Below, piece after piece: positions 38,466 to 53,287 of a stretch of 64,000 bases of DNA. Position numbers and translations under genes: made by a program. Below the pieces are notes generated by a model, which worked only from the letters and a program-made list of their open reading frames with translations, had not been told where the DNA came from and searched no databases. The stretch is taken from positions 14,344-78,343 of the forward strand of contig CAVUVL010000014.1 of NCBI GenBank assembly GCA_963744815.1, written 5' to 3'. Numbering within the stretch: position 1 is the stretch's first letter; the number at the start of each line of letters is the position of its first letter. Source of the DNA: an uncultured Solirubrobacterales bacterium (GTDB lineage: Bacteria > Actinomycetota > Thermoleophilia > Solirubrobacterales > Solirubrobacteraceae).

Positions 38466-41381
38466 GTGCCGCTCGAACTCGTCCTCGGACCTGCCAATTC
38501 CGCCAAGGCCGGCGAGGTGCTGGGCGCCTATGCGGCGGCGGCGCCTCGGGGCGCGCTGCTGGTCGTGCCGACCACCACCGACGCCCACCACTACCGTCGT
38601 GAGCTGGCCGCCACCGGGGTCGTGTTCGGCTCGGTGCTCACATTTTCGGGCCTGGCTCGGGAGATCGCCCGGCGGGCCGGCTACTCCAGTCCACGCCTGT
38701 CGGACCTTCAGCGCGACCAGGTCCTGCGCCGGGTGCTGGCCGGGATCAGCTTCGACGCGCTGGCCGCTTCGAGTCAGGCCCCTGGCTTCCGGCGCGCGGC
38801 CGGCGAGCTGATTGCCGAGCTCGAGCGCTCGCTGGTGACGCCGCAACGCTTCGTGGCCGCGCTCAACGCCTGGGTCTCCGAGGACGGACGCCGGCGGCCA
38901 TTCGCGGCGGACGTCGGGCGCATCTACGGCGACTATGTGCGACGGCTGGAGCGGATCGGGCGAGTCGACCGCGAGCTGTACGCCTGGCGGGCCCTGGATG
39001 CGCTGCGCGCGGGGCCGGCCGGCTGGGGCCGCGACCAGGTGTTCTTCTACGGCTTCGACGAGCTCACGCCACTGCAGCGTGACGCGGTGGAGACGCTGTC
39101 GCGGATCGTCGGGGTTCCGGTCACCGTGTCGCTGACCTACGAGGCCGGACGCGCGGCGCTGGCGGCCCGGGCCGAGGCCGTCCAGGAGCTGGCCCCGCTG
39201 GCCGAACGGACGCTCGAGCTGCCCGCGCTGGACGAGCACTACGCGCCGGGCGCCCGTGCGGCGCTGCACCATCTCGAGCGCCGCCTGTTCGAGCCCGGAG
39301 GCGAGCGGATCGACCCGGGCCCCGCCGTGCGGCTGCTCGAGGCCGGAGGCGAGCGGGCCGAGGCCGAACTGGTGGCCCACGAGGTCCTGGGCCTGGTCAC
39401 GGCCGGGGTCCGGGGCGGTGAGATCGCGGTGGTGCTGCGCTCGCTGCGCCGGTCGGCGCCGCTGTTGGCCGGCGTGTTCGCCCAGTACGGGATCCCGGTG
39501 CAGGGAGCGCGTGAGCTGCCCTTCACCCATACCGCGCTGGGGCGGGCCCTGCGCGCGGCCGCGCGCTGCGCGCTGCTCGACGCCCGGGAGGCCCGGCCCG
39601 AGGATCTGCTCGACTACCTGCGCACCCCCGGCCGGCTGGAGAACCCGGCGCTCGCTGACGGGCTCGAGGCCACGGTCCGGCGCGAGGGCCTGCGCAGCGC
39701 CGCGGCGGCTCGCCGTCATCTGGGCCGGCGCCTGCCCGAGCTCGACGCCCTGGCCGCGGCCGAGGATCCGGGCCGGGAGCTGCGCGAGCTCGGCGGTCAG
39801 CTGCTGGGCCGCCCGCACGGAGCCCGAGCCCCGATCCTGGCCGGCTCCGAGGAGCTCGATGCCCGCGCTCTGGCCAGCCTTGATCGCGCCCTGGACGAGG
39901 TGGCCGAGCTGGGCGGCCGCCTGACCGGGCGCGAGCTGGTTGAGCTGCTCGACGAGCTGATGGTGCCGGCCGGCACGGGGGCGGACCCGGACGCGGTGCT
40001 GCTGGCCGAGCCGCTCGAGATCCGGGCCCGGCGCTTTCGCGCCGTGTTCGTGTGCGGGCTGCAGGAGGGGGAGGCCGTCAGCTTCCCGGCCCCCGCGCGC
40101 CCCGAGCCATTTCTGTCCGACGAGCGCCGGCGCGAGCTGGCCGCCACCGCGGGCCTGCGCTTGGCGCTCTCCGAGCACACCCTGGAGCGTGAGCGCTACC
40201 TGTTCTACTCGACGGTCTCGCGGGCCACCGAGCGCGTCACCCTGAGCTACCGGAGCTCCGACGAGGAGGGCAATCTGGCCCTGCCCTCGCCGTTCGTGGC
40301 CGACGTGGCCGAGCTGTTCACCGCCGAGTGGGTGCAGCGGCGCGGTCGGCGGCTGCTCTCCGATGTGGTCTGGCCGGTCGAGCAGGCGCCCACGCCGCGG
40401 GAGCTGGCCCGCGCGCAGGCGGTGGCGTGGGCGCCGGCCGTGGCCAGCCGGCCCGAGCCCGAGCGCCGGCTCGGCCCCCGGGCCCTGGCGCGGCTGCGCC
40501 ACACCGAGATCCTCTCGGCCGGGGCGCTTGAGGCCTACGCCGAGTGCCCCGTTCGCTGGCTGGTCGAGCGCGAGCTGCGCCCGGCCGCGCTCGAGCCCGA
40601 GCCCGAGCCGATCGTTCGCGGCAACCTGATGCACGCCGTCCTGGAGCGCGTGCTGGGCGAGCTCGCCGGCCCTCTGACCCCGGCCTCGCTGGACCAGGCC
40701 CGGGCGATCCTCGATCGCGTGCTGCCCGAGCTGGCCGACAACCCGGCGGTCCGGCTCGGGGTCGGCCGCCCGGAGGTCGTGCGGGCCGGGGGGCTGCGCG
40801 CGATCGAGGCCGATCTGCGCCGCTACCTCGAGCACGAGGCGCGCAACGCCGGGCCGTGGCGGCCGCTGCACCTCGAGCTGCGCTTCGGCTTCGACGATCG
40901 CGAGGACTCGCTGCCGGCGCTGGAGCTGGGCGAGGGCCGCGAGCGGGTGCGCATCCGAGGCGCGATCGACCGCGTCGACGTCGACGGGACCGGCCGGGCG
41001 ATCATCCGCGACTACAAGAGCGGGAGCCCGCGTCCGGGATACACGGCCGCACGCTGGGTGGCCGACCACCAGCTGCAGGTGGCCCTGTACCTGATCGTGG
41101 TGCGCGAGCTGACCGATCTCGAACCGGCGGCCGGCTTCTATCAGCCGCTGCGCGGGGATGACCTGCGCCCGCGGGGGATGTTTCTGACCGGCGCCGAGGT
41201 CGGTGCGGGCGCCGTCAGCCGCGACGCGCGCGAGCCCGAGGCCTTCGCCGCGGCGCTCGAAGAGACGGCCGGGCTGGCGGTCGAGCTGGCCACCGCCCTG
41301 CGGTCCGGTGCGCTGACCCCGTGTCCACGCACCTGCACCCGCGACGGTTGCGCCTTCCCCGGGATCTGCCGCAGCCAATGA
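38466..41381 (+). CDS. addB: AddB-like subunit: degenerate helicase + PD-(D/E)XK nuclease
   Basis: GPANSAKA (degenerate Walker A), FYGFDEL, YAECP, RGNLMH, GAIDRVD..DYKSG, QVALY, CPRTC..C..IC. Confidence 0.85.
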   Translation: MPLELVLGPANSAKAGEVLGAYAAAAPRGALLVVPTTTDAHHYRRELAATGVVFGSVLTFSGLAREIARRAGYSSPRLSDLQRDQVLRRVLAGISFDALAASSQAPGFRRAAGELIAELERSLVTPQRFVAALNAWVSEDGRRRPFAADVGRIYGDYVRRLERIGRVDRELYAWRALDALRAGPAGWGRDQVFFYGFDELTPLQRDAVETLSRIVGVPVTVSLTYEAGRAALAARAEAVQELAPLAERTLELPALDEHYAPGARAALHHLERRLFEPGGERIDPGPAVRLLEAGGERAEAELVAHEVLGLVTAGVRGGEIAVVLRSLRRSAPLLAGVFAQYGIPVQGARELPFTHTALGRALRAAARCALLDAREARPEDLLDYLRTPGRLENPALADGLEATVRREGLRSAAAARRHLGRRLPELDALAAAEDPGRELRELGGQLLGRPHGARAPILAGSEELDARALASLDRALDEVAELGGRLTGRELVELLDELMVPAGTGADPDAVLLAEPLEIRARRFRAVFVCGLQEGEAVSFPAPARPEPFLSDERRRELAATAGLRLALSEHTLERERYLFYSTVSRATERVTLSYRSSDEEGNLALPSPFVADVAELFTAEWVQRRGRRLLSDVVWPVEQAPTPRELARAQAVAWAPAVASRPEPERRLGPRALARLRHTEILSAGALEAYAECPVRWLVERELRPAALEPEPEPIVRGNLMHAVLERVLGELAGPLTPASLDQARAILDRVLPELADNPAVRLGVGRPEVVRAGGLRAIEADLRRYLEHEARNAGPWRPLHLELRFGFDDREDSLPALELGEGRERVRIRGAIDRVDVDGTGRAIIRDYKSGSPRPGYTAARWVADHQLQVALYLIVVRELTDLEPAAGFYQPLRGDDLRPRGMFLTGAEVGAGAVSRDAREPEAFAAALEETAGLAVELATALRSGALTPCPRTCTRDGCAFPGICRSQ

Positions 41382-44300
41382 CCACGGTCTGGACCGACGA
41401 GCAGCAGCGGGCGATCGAGCTGCGCGAGGGTGACCTGTTGCTCGACGCCAGCGCGGGCAGCGGCAAGACCTCGGTGCTGGTGGAGCGCTTCGTCCGCGCC
41501 GTGCTGGAGGACGGGGTGGACGTGGCCGCGATCCTGGCCATCACCTTCACCGAGAAGGCGGCGGCGGAGCTGCGCGACCGGATCCGCGCCCGTCTGCTGG
41601 CGCTCGGCGCCGCCGAGCAGGCGCGCGCCACCGAGGGCGCGTTCATCTCCACCATCCACGGCTTCTGCGCCCGTGTGCTGCGGGCCAACGCGCTGACCGC
41701 CGGCCTGGACCCGGCCTTCGTGGTGCTCGAGCGCGAGCAATCAGGCCAGCTGGCCACGGCCGCCTTCGACGAGGCGCTGGTGGACCTGGAGCGAGCCGAT
41801 CCCGACGCCGCCTCGCTGCTGGCCGACTACGGCGCGGGCCCCTTGCGGGCGGCGACCCTCGCCGTGTACGGGCAGCTGCGCAGCCAGGGTCAGGCCGAGC
41901 CCCGCCTGCCGCCGGCACCGCCGCCCCCCGGACCCGGCGGCCGCGGCCGAGCTCGAGGCCGCGGCGCTGGCGGTCGCCGCCGAGCTGGCCGCGATCGCCG
42001 AGCCGGGTCCCAAGGTCACCGAGGCGCTGGGCAGGCTGGAGCGGTGCCTGGAGCTCGTGGCGATCCCGGACCTGTGGCCCACCGAGCTTGATCGCGTCAG
42101 GCTGCCCGGTAACGGCTCGGCGCTGAGCACCGACGCCTGCGGCGCTTACGCGGAGGCTCTGGGCGCCTACAAGGCAGCGTGCGCGGCCCGGGCGGCGGGA
42201 CCGGTGCGCGATCGCCTCGACGCGCTCCTGGACGCCTTCGGCCGCCATTACCAACAGGCCAAACGGGCGGTCTCGGGCCTGGACTTCGAGGACCTCGAGC
42301 TGGTCACGCTCGAGCTGCTGCGCGGCGACGGCGAGCTGCGCGAGCGCTACCAGCAGCGCTTTGAGCGGATCATGGTCGACGAGCTCCAGGACACCAACCG
42401 GGTCCAGCTCGAGCTGATCGAGCTGATCTCGCGGGGCAACCTGTTCACGGTCGGGGACGCCCAGCAGTCGATCTACCGCTTCCGCCACGCCGACGTGGAG
42501 CTGTTCGAGCGCCGGGGGGAGCGGCTGTCGGGGTCGGGTCAGCGGGCCACGCTGCGCACCAACTACCGCTCGGCGCCCGAGATCCTGGCCGCGCTGAACG
42601 TCGCCTTCGGCGAGGCGCTGGGCGAGCAGTTCCGGCCGCTGGTGGCCGGCCGGGGGCCGAGAACGGCAAGAGCAGCGGCACGGCTGGGGAGGCCCGGGAG
42701 CCGGCGCGCCTCGGGTCGAGCTGCTGCTGGTCGACAAGGGCGCCGACTGGGAGCTCGAGGGGCTGGCCGCGCCCTGGCGCCTGGCCGAGGCCCGCGCGCT
42801 GGCCGGCCGGGTCGCGCGAGCTGGTGCAGGGCGGGACGGCTCCGGGCGAGATCGTCGTGCTGATCCGTGCGACCACCGACATGCGGGCCTACGAGCGCGC
42901 GCTCGAGCAACGGGGCCTGCCCACCTACGTGATCGGCGGCCGCGGCTACTGGCTGCACCCCCAGGTGCTCGACCTGGTCAGCTACCTGCGCGTGCTGGCC
43001 AACCCTCGCGACGAGGAGGCCCTGTACGCGGTCCTGGCCTCACCGCTGGTGGGCGCCTCGCTGGACGCGCTGGTCGTGCTGGCCGGGGAGGCCCGCGGAC
43101 AGGGCCGCGACCCGTGGTGGCTGCTGAGTGAGACCGGGGGCCGGCTGGAGGCTCTGGATCCGGCCGATCGGGAGCTGATGGCCCGGTTCGTGACCTGGTT
43201 GCGCGCCGAGCGCGACTCGGCGCCGCGCCACGGGCTGGAGGCCCTGATCGACGCCGCCCTGCAGCAGACCGGCTACGACGTGGCGATGCTGGCCATGCCG
43301 GGCGGCCGGCGCCGGCTGGCCAACGTGCGCAAGCTGATGCGCCTGGCCCGGGAGTACGAGTGCGACCACGGCCCCGACCTCCACGGCTTCCTGGCCCTGG
43401 TGGCCGAGCGGGAAGCCGGCCGCGGGGGTGACGCGCGCGAGAGCGAGGCGCCGGTCGAGGGCGAGGGACTGGACGCGATCCGCCTGATGACGATCCACCG
43501 GGCCAAGGGCCTGGAGTTCCACACCGTATGCGTGGCCGACCTCGGCCGCTCGCCACGACCCCCGTACCAGATGCTCCGGGTCGACTCCGAAGGACGCCTG
43601 GGCCTGCGCCTGGCCCGCAGCGGCACCGGTGGCCGCGCCTCGGCCCTGGACTACGACGCGATCGGGATCGACGAGAAGGCGGCCGACGAGCGCGAGGAGC
43701 GCCGCCTGTTCTACGTGGCCATGACCCGCGCCCGAGAACGACTGATCCTGAGCGGGGCCACCCGCTTCGAGGGTTGGCTGGAGGGCCGGTTCACCGGTGG
43801 CGGTCCCGTCGCCTGGATTGCGCCCGCGTTCGTGCCCGAGCTGGGCCGGCGAATCGCCGAGGGAGGGGGGACGGTCGAGCTGGGGTCGGCCCGGGTGCGG
43901 TTGACGGTGGCCGCGCCGGACTCGGGCGCGGACTCGCACGCGGACTCGGCGCGGACTCGCACGGAGCGGAATCCGCGGTCTGTCTGGCGCCGGAGCCGCC
44001 GGCCGCCGGTGGACCGTCCCCGGATGCGCCCGCCCCCGAGCCGCGCGCGCCGGGTCCGCACCCTGACCCGCCCGCCCCCGCGCCGCGCGCGCCGGCCTCG
44101 CCCGTCAGCTCGCTCAGCTACTCGGCGCTCGGCGCCTACGCCCGCTGCGGCTACCGCTTCTACGCCGAGCGAGTCCTCGGCCTACCCGCCGCGGCCAAAC
44201 CCGAGGCTGCCGCCACCCCGGCCGTGAGCGAGCCCGACGCCGGGCTGGCGCCGGCGGTGCGCAGCGCGACCGAGCGCGGCACCCTGGTGCACGGCCTGCT

Positions 44301-44935
44301 GGAGCGTCTGAACTTCCGCCGGCCGCTTGCGGTCAGCCACGAGGCGGCGGCGGCGGTGGCCGCCCACGAGCGGCTGGCCCCGCCCACCACCGAGGAGACC
44401 CGGGAACTGGCCGAGCTGGTGGCCCGGTTTGCCGGCAGCGAGCTCGTGCGCCCGTCTGGGCCGGGCTACCGAGGTCCGGCGTGAGGAGCGCTTCGCCTTC
44501 CTGCTGGAGGGCTCGGTGCTCGTCAACGGGGCGGTCGATGTGCTGGCCCGCGAGCCGGGCGGGCGCGTGCTGGTGGTCGACTACAAGAGCGATCGGCTCG
44601 AGGGCGCCGACCCGGCCGCGCTGGTGCAGGGCGCCTACGCCACCCAGCGCCTGGTCTATGCCCTGGCCGCTCTGCGCAGCGGCGCCGAGAGCGTGGACGT
44701 CGCCTACTGCTTTCTCGAGATCCCCGAGCGACCCGTCGTGGTCAGCTACGAGCGCTCGCGGCTCGATGAGCTCGACCGCGGGCTTCGCGGGCTGGCCGAC
44801 GGCGTGCTGCGCGGCGAGTTTCCGGTCACCCAGACCCCGCACCGCGCCGTGTGCGCCGGTTGCCCGGCGGAGGACGGCCTTTGCTCGTGGCCGCTGGAGA
44901 TGACCCGGCGCGAGGCGCCCGACCGGCTGTTCTAG
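41378..44935 (+). CDS. addA: AddA-like UvrD helicase-nuclease; about five frameshifts
   Basis: ASAGSGKT, AITFTEKAA, STIHGFC, VDELQDTN, VGDAQQSIYRFR, NYRS, MTIHRAKGLEF, LFYVAMTRA, GAVD..VDYKS across ORFs 41321, 42057, 42824, 43528 and 44327. Confidence 0.88.
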
Positions 44936-44970
44936 CGGCGCGGCGCACCCGTCGGCGGTTCGAGGAGCCC

Positions 44971-45918
44971 TCACCCATCGAAGCTGACGTCGATCTGTTC
45001 CTGATCGGAGCGCTCCTCGACCTTGGCCAGCGCCCCCAGGGTCCGCTGGTCGGCCCGTGAGTCGGGGGGCCCGAACAGGCTGCGGGGCCACAGCCGCCGG
45101 GTCAGCACGACGTTGATCTCGGCCGAGAACAGCGTCAGCTGGCTGCCCAGGTGCAGCCAGATCAGCAACGCGATGACAAACCCGAACTGGGCGTAGGTGC
45201 CGTGCGAGCTCTTGAGCACGTGCCCGATGTAGTAGCCCCCGAGCGACTGCAGCAGCGTCCACAGCACCCCGGCCACGAGCACGCCGGCCCACAGGTCCCG
45301 GGTCGACACCTCGCGCGTGGTCATCAGCCGGAAGGCGGCGAAGAACAGCCCGAAGTTGAGCAGCAGCGAGAACAGGATCCCGGCCAGCTTGACGAGTGGG
45401 CTCTTGCCCAAGCCGCCGGTGACCAGGCCCGACGCCAGCGTGGCCACGATGAACAGGCTTCCCAGCGAGATCAGCAGCAGCAGCCCGCGCCAGCGCGACT
45501 CAAAGAAGTTGGGACGGGCCTTGAAGGGCACGGCCCAGACGCGGTCCAGGGCGTTGCGCGCCGCGCCGGTCACGCCGAGCCCCGCCCATAGCGAGGTGGC
45601 CAGTCCGATCACCAGCGCGACCACGCTCCCGTGCAGCTCGCCCACGTCGAGCTTCTGGCCCACGATTGGAAATTCGGCCAGCACCGAATGGCGGATCGAC
45701 TGCTCGGCGCTCGAGTCGCCCTGCAGCACATAGCCGAGCAGGGTCAGGAACACCAGCAGCAGCGGAAACAACGAGAAGAACGCGTAATAGGCGACCAACG
45801 CCGCCAGCCCGGCCCCCTGGTCGTCCCCGAACTTCTTGATCACCGCCATCGGGAACGCCAGCGGCAGGTGCCGCTGCTGGACGCGATCAAAGGCCCGGAG
45901 CGGGCGCAGAGGGTCCAC
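44971..45918 (-). CDS. YihY/virulence factor BrkB family membrane protein
   Basis: AALVAYYAFFSLFPLL, ALDRVW, YAQFGFVIALLIWL..AEIN. Confidence 0.9.
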   Translation of the reverse strand: MDPLRPLRAFDRVQQRHLPLAFPMAVIKKFGDDQGAGLAALVAYYAFFSLFPLLLVFLTLLGYVLQGDSSAEQSIRHSVLAEFPIVGQKLDVGELHGSVVALVIGLATSLWAGLGVTGAARNALDRVWAVPFKARPNFFESRWRGLLLLISLGSLFIVATLASGLVTGGLGKSPLVKLAGILFSLLLNFGLFFAAFRLMTTREVSTRDLWAGVLVAGVLWTLLQSLGGYYIGHVLKSSHGTYAQFGFVIALLIWLHLGSQLTLFSAEINVVLTRRLWPRSLFGPPDSRADQRTLGALAKVEERSDQEQIDVSFDG

Positions 45919-45934
45919 GGGCGATTTCTACCCG

Positions 45935-46022
45935 ACCCGCGGGGCGCCCACGCCGATCCCCGCGCGGCACCTACGCCGTGGTCACCCGCGCGGCGCTCAC
46001 GCCGTGATCACCCGCGCGGCGC
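45935..46022. repeat. Degenerate ~26-bp tandem repeat spanning the ogt stop codon
   Basis: TCACCCGCGCGGCGC at 45982 and 46008; decayed copies at about 45957 and 45935. Confidence 0.7.
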
Positions 46023-46628
46023 CTCGCCCTGCTCGATGGTCAGCAGCGCGCGCTTACGCTCCACGCCGCCCGTGTAGCCGCCCAGGCCGCCGCCGCTGTG
46101 CACGACCCGGTGGCAGGGCACGACGATCGGCAGCGGGTTGGACCCCAGCGCGTTGCCGGCCGCACGCGAGCCGCGCGGGCTGCCCGCGCCGACCGCCACC
46201 TCGCGGTAGCTGGCGACCCCGCCGTAGGGGATGGCGGCGGTGGCCTCGAGCACTCGGCGGGCAAAGCCCTTGGTCAGCTGCCAATCGATCGGCAGCTCGA
46301 ACGCGTGGCGCGCACCGGTGAAGTACTGGTCGAGCTCGCGCCGGGGCTCGTCGAGCTTCGCCGGGGCCGCGAGGACCCGCGGCGACACGCGCGCGGCTAG
46401 GTCGGACAACACCGCGTCTGAGTCCTCGAAGTCAACGTAGGCCAGTCGCACCAGACCGTTCGGCGTGGTGGCCAGCAGCAGCCTGCCCAGGGGCGAGTCG
46501 AGCTCGGCGTAGGCGACGTCGAGCAGGCCCGCGGCCGCGGCCGGCTCGGCCAACTCAGGGGGTCCCGGTCCGGCGGCGGCCAGCGCCGCCCGCCGTAGCT
46601 GCTGTTCAAGGGTTGGCGATTCGGTCAC
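46008..46628 (-). CDS. ogt: Methylated-DNA-[protein]-cysteine S-methyltransferase
   Basis: DSPLG, IPYG..SY, RAAGNALGSNPLPIVVPCHRV, GGYTGG; ~35-aa N-terminal extension. Confidence 0.93.
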   Translation of the reverse strand: MTESPTLEQQLRRAALAAAGPGPPELAEPAAAAGLLDVAYAELDSPLGRLLLATTPNGLVRLAYVDFEDSDAVLSDLAARVSPRVLAAPAKLDEPRRELDQYFTGARHAFELPIDWQLTKGFARRVLEATAAIPYGGVASYREVAVGAGSPRGSRAAGNALGSNPLPIVVPCHRVVHSGGGLGGYTGGVERKRALLTIEQGEAPRG

Positions 46629-47100
46629 GACACACTTCCTTTCTGAGGCGCTTGAGGCCCTCGTGGACGTTGCGGCGGGCGGCCTCCTCGCTGGTGCTCA
46701 TCACCGCCGCGATCTCGACGTACGGCGCATCGGCCATGAAGCGCAGGGCCACCGCGGTGCGCTGCTTGTCGGGGAGCTCGGCCACCTGGGCCCACAGCTC
46801 GCCGTCGGGCGACGTCGAGGCCGGCGCGACGACGGCCTCGGCGAGCGCCTCCGCCTGGGGGCTGGGCGCGGCGCGGCGCGCCCGCGCCCGCACGTGGTCG
46901 ATCGCCTTGCGGTGGGCGATGGTCAGGATCCAGCTGCGCAGGTTGCTGGTGTCCCTAAGCCGCGGGTAGGCGCGCAGGGCGGCCAGCCAGGTCTCCTGGT
47001 AGCAGTCGTCGGCGTCGACGACGCCGACGCTGGCGGCCAAAAACCGGTGGACATCGCGCCCGTGGGCGTCGAGCAGGGCTTGAAAGGGCGGCAGGCGCAC
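46606..47100 (-). CDS. ECF-type RNA polymerase sigma factor
   Basis: DADDCYQETWLAA..WILTIAHRKAID (region 2); LPDKQRTAVALRF..YVEIAAVM (region 4). Confidence 0.92.
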   Translation of the reverse strand: MRLPPFQALLDAHGRDVHRFLAASVGVVDADDCYQETWLAALRAYPRLRDTSNLRSWILTIAHRKAIDHVRARARRAAPSPQAEALAEAVVAPASTSPDGELWAQVAELPDKQRTAVALRFMADAPYVEIAAVMSTSEEAARRNVHEGLKRLRKEVCRDRIANP

Positions 47101-47227
47101 CGCAGATGAAACGCGCCGATCGGGCATCCCGTGAGATCTTGGCGGGTCGCGCGTGCCGGCCCACGATCCTCGGCAAGAGTGCCGTCAATGCTTGCCCATC
47201 GCGCCCGTGCGGTATACAAACTTGGAC

Positions 47228-48209
47228 ATGGCTCGCGCAATCTGGACAGGCGCCATCAGCTTCGGACTGGTCAACGTGCCGGTCAAGCTCTACAGCGCCA
47301 CCTCGCCCAAGACGGTCCGCTTCCACCAGCTCTCGAAAAAGACCGGCACCCGCATCCGCCAGAAGCGGGTGGATCCCTCGACCGGTGACGAGGTCGCCTA
47401 CGAGGACATCGTCAAGGGCTACGAGCTGAGCCCCGATCGCTACGTGATCGTCGATACCGACGAGCTCGAGGCGCTCGATCCGAAGGTGACCAAGACGATC
47501 GACATCGAGGAGTTCGTCGACCTCCAGGAGATCGACCCGATCTACTTCGACCACTCCTACTACCTGGCTCCCACCCCGGGCGGCGCCAAGGCCTATCGGC
47601 TGCTGCTCGACGCGATGCGCGAGGCGGGCAAGGTGGGCATCGGACGGGTCGTGCTGCGCAGCAAGCAGCAGCTGTGCGCGCTTCGCCCCAGCGGTGACGT
47701 GATGACCATGTCGACGATGCTGTTCGGCGACGAGGTGCTGCCCCCGGACCGGATCGACGAGCTCGACGCCGTCGGCGAGGCCGAGGCGACCAAGCGCGAG
47801 CTGGCCATGGCCCAGCAGCTGATCGACTCCCTGTCGAGCGGGTTCGACCCGACCAAGTTCCACGACGAGTACCGCGAGCGGGTGCTGGACCTGATCGAGC
47901 GCAAGGCGGCCGGCGAGGAGATCGCCGTGCAGCCGCAGGCCGAGGAGGAGGCCCCGGCGCCGGACCTGATGGCCGCGCTGGAGGCCAGCCTGGCCGATGT
48001 CCGCTCGGGCGACAGCGATGCCCCGGCTCCGGCCAAGAAACCGGCCGCGAAGTCCCGCAAGGGCTCGAGCGCTGCCAAGGACGGATCGGGGTCGAGCTCG
48101 CGCGCCAAGGACGGCTCGGGGTCGAGCTCGCGCGCCAAGGACGGACTCGGGGTCGAGCTCGCGCGCCAAGAACGGCGCGAGCAAGTCCCGGGCCAAGTCC
48201 AAAACCTGA
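47228..48209 (+). CDS. ku: Ku protein (NHEJ) with basic repetitive tail; frameshift near 48145
   Basis: MARAIWTGAISFGLVNVPVKLY, IVKGYE, YFDHSYYL, DLMAALEASL; tail ends ..KSRAKSKT* in ORF 47997..48209. Confidence 0.95.
48074..48182 (+). repeat. 30-bp coding tandem repeat (AKDGSGSSSR) in the Ku tail
   Basis: Units at 48074, 48104, 48134 (31 nt) and a partial unit at 48165. Confidence 0.85.
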
Positions 48210-48296
48210 GGCTGGCCGCGGCCTACGCGCTGGTAGCCTTTGGCACCGGCCTCACCGTGTCCACAGCTCCCTCGTCGACCGGGCACCACAGAACTC

Positions 48297-52895
<4,599 letters not shown>

Positions 52896-52912
52896 CCGGG
52901 GGGCGGCCCGGT

Positions 52913-53016
52913 AAGGCGCGGCGCGGGGCGGCTAACTTGGTGCCGGCGCGGCCAGGCGCGGCGAGGCGCGGCGCGGCGCGGCCAGGCGCGGCGCGGCGCG
53001 GCCGGCGCGGCGCGGC
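52913..53016. repeat. Low-complexity GCGCG pentamer tract
   Basis: Runs of GGCGC/GCGCG after the gltB stop. Confidence 0.7.
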
Positions 53017-53131
53017 CGTGCATATCGCGCCAAACCAGGCGGCCCGGCCTCACCGTGTCACGAACTGCATCACAGTCGTGGATTTCGCGGCAATCGCCCG
53101 GCGAGCGGGCGGGTTTGGCGCGTTTTGCACG
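53017..53131. repeat. 115-bp foldback element with 20-bp imperfect terminal inverted repeats (REP/MITE-like)
   Basis: CGTGCATATCGCGCCAAACC (53017-53036) versus GGTTTGGCGCGTTTTGCACG (53112-53131), 18/20 complementary; internal CACGA..TCGTG hairpin. Confidence 0.65.
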
Positions 53132-53156
53132 ATCCGCGCGGGCCAACCGGCGCCGG

Positions 53157-53287
53157 AGCCCGCGCCGAGCCAAAGCTGGCGCCGGCCGCGCCGCTCGAGC
53201 CCGCGCCGAGCCAAAGCTGGCGCCGGCCGCGCCGCTCAGCCCGCGCCGAGCCAAAGCTGGCGCCGGCCGCGCCGCTCAGCCCGCGCC
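53157..53287. repeat. 40-bp tandem repeat (3 copies + partial) spanning the alkA stop codon
   Basis: AGCCCGCGCCGAGCCAAAGCTGGCGCCGGCCGCGCCGCTC at 53157, 53198 and 53238; partial at 53278. Confidence 0.9.

Noticed and set aside
38124-41378. Long antisense ORFs (e.g. 1084 aa opposite addB, 634 aa opposite gltB, 600 aa opposite the regulator)
   Set aside because: Shadow frames typical of high-GC codon bias; no recognisable motifs.
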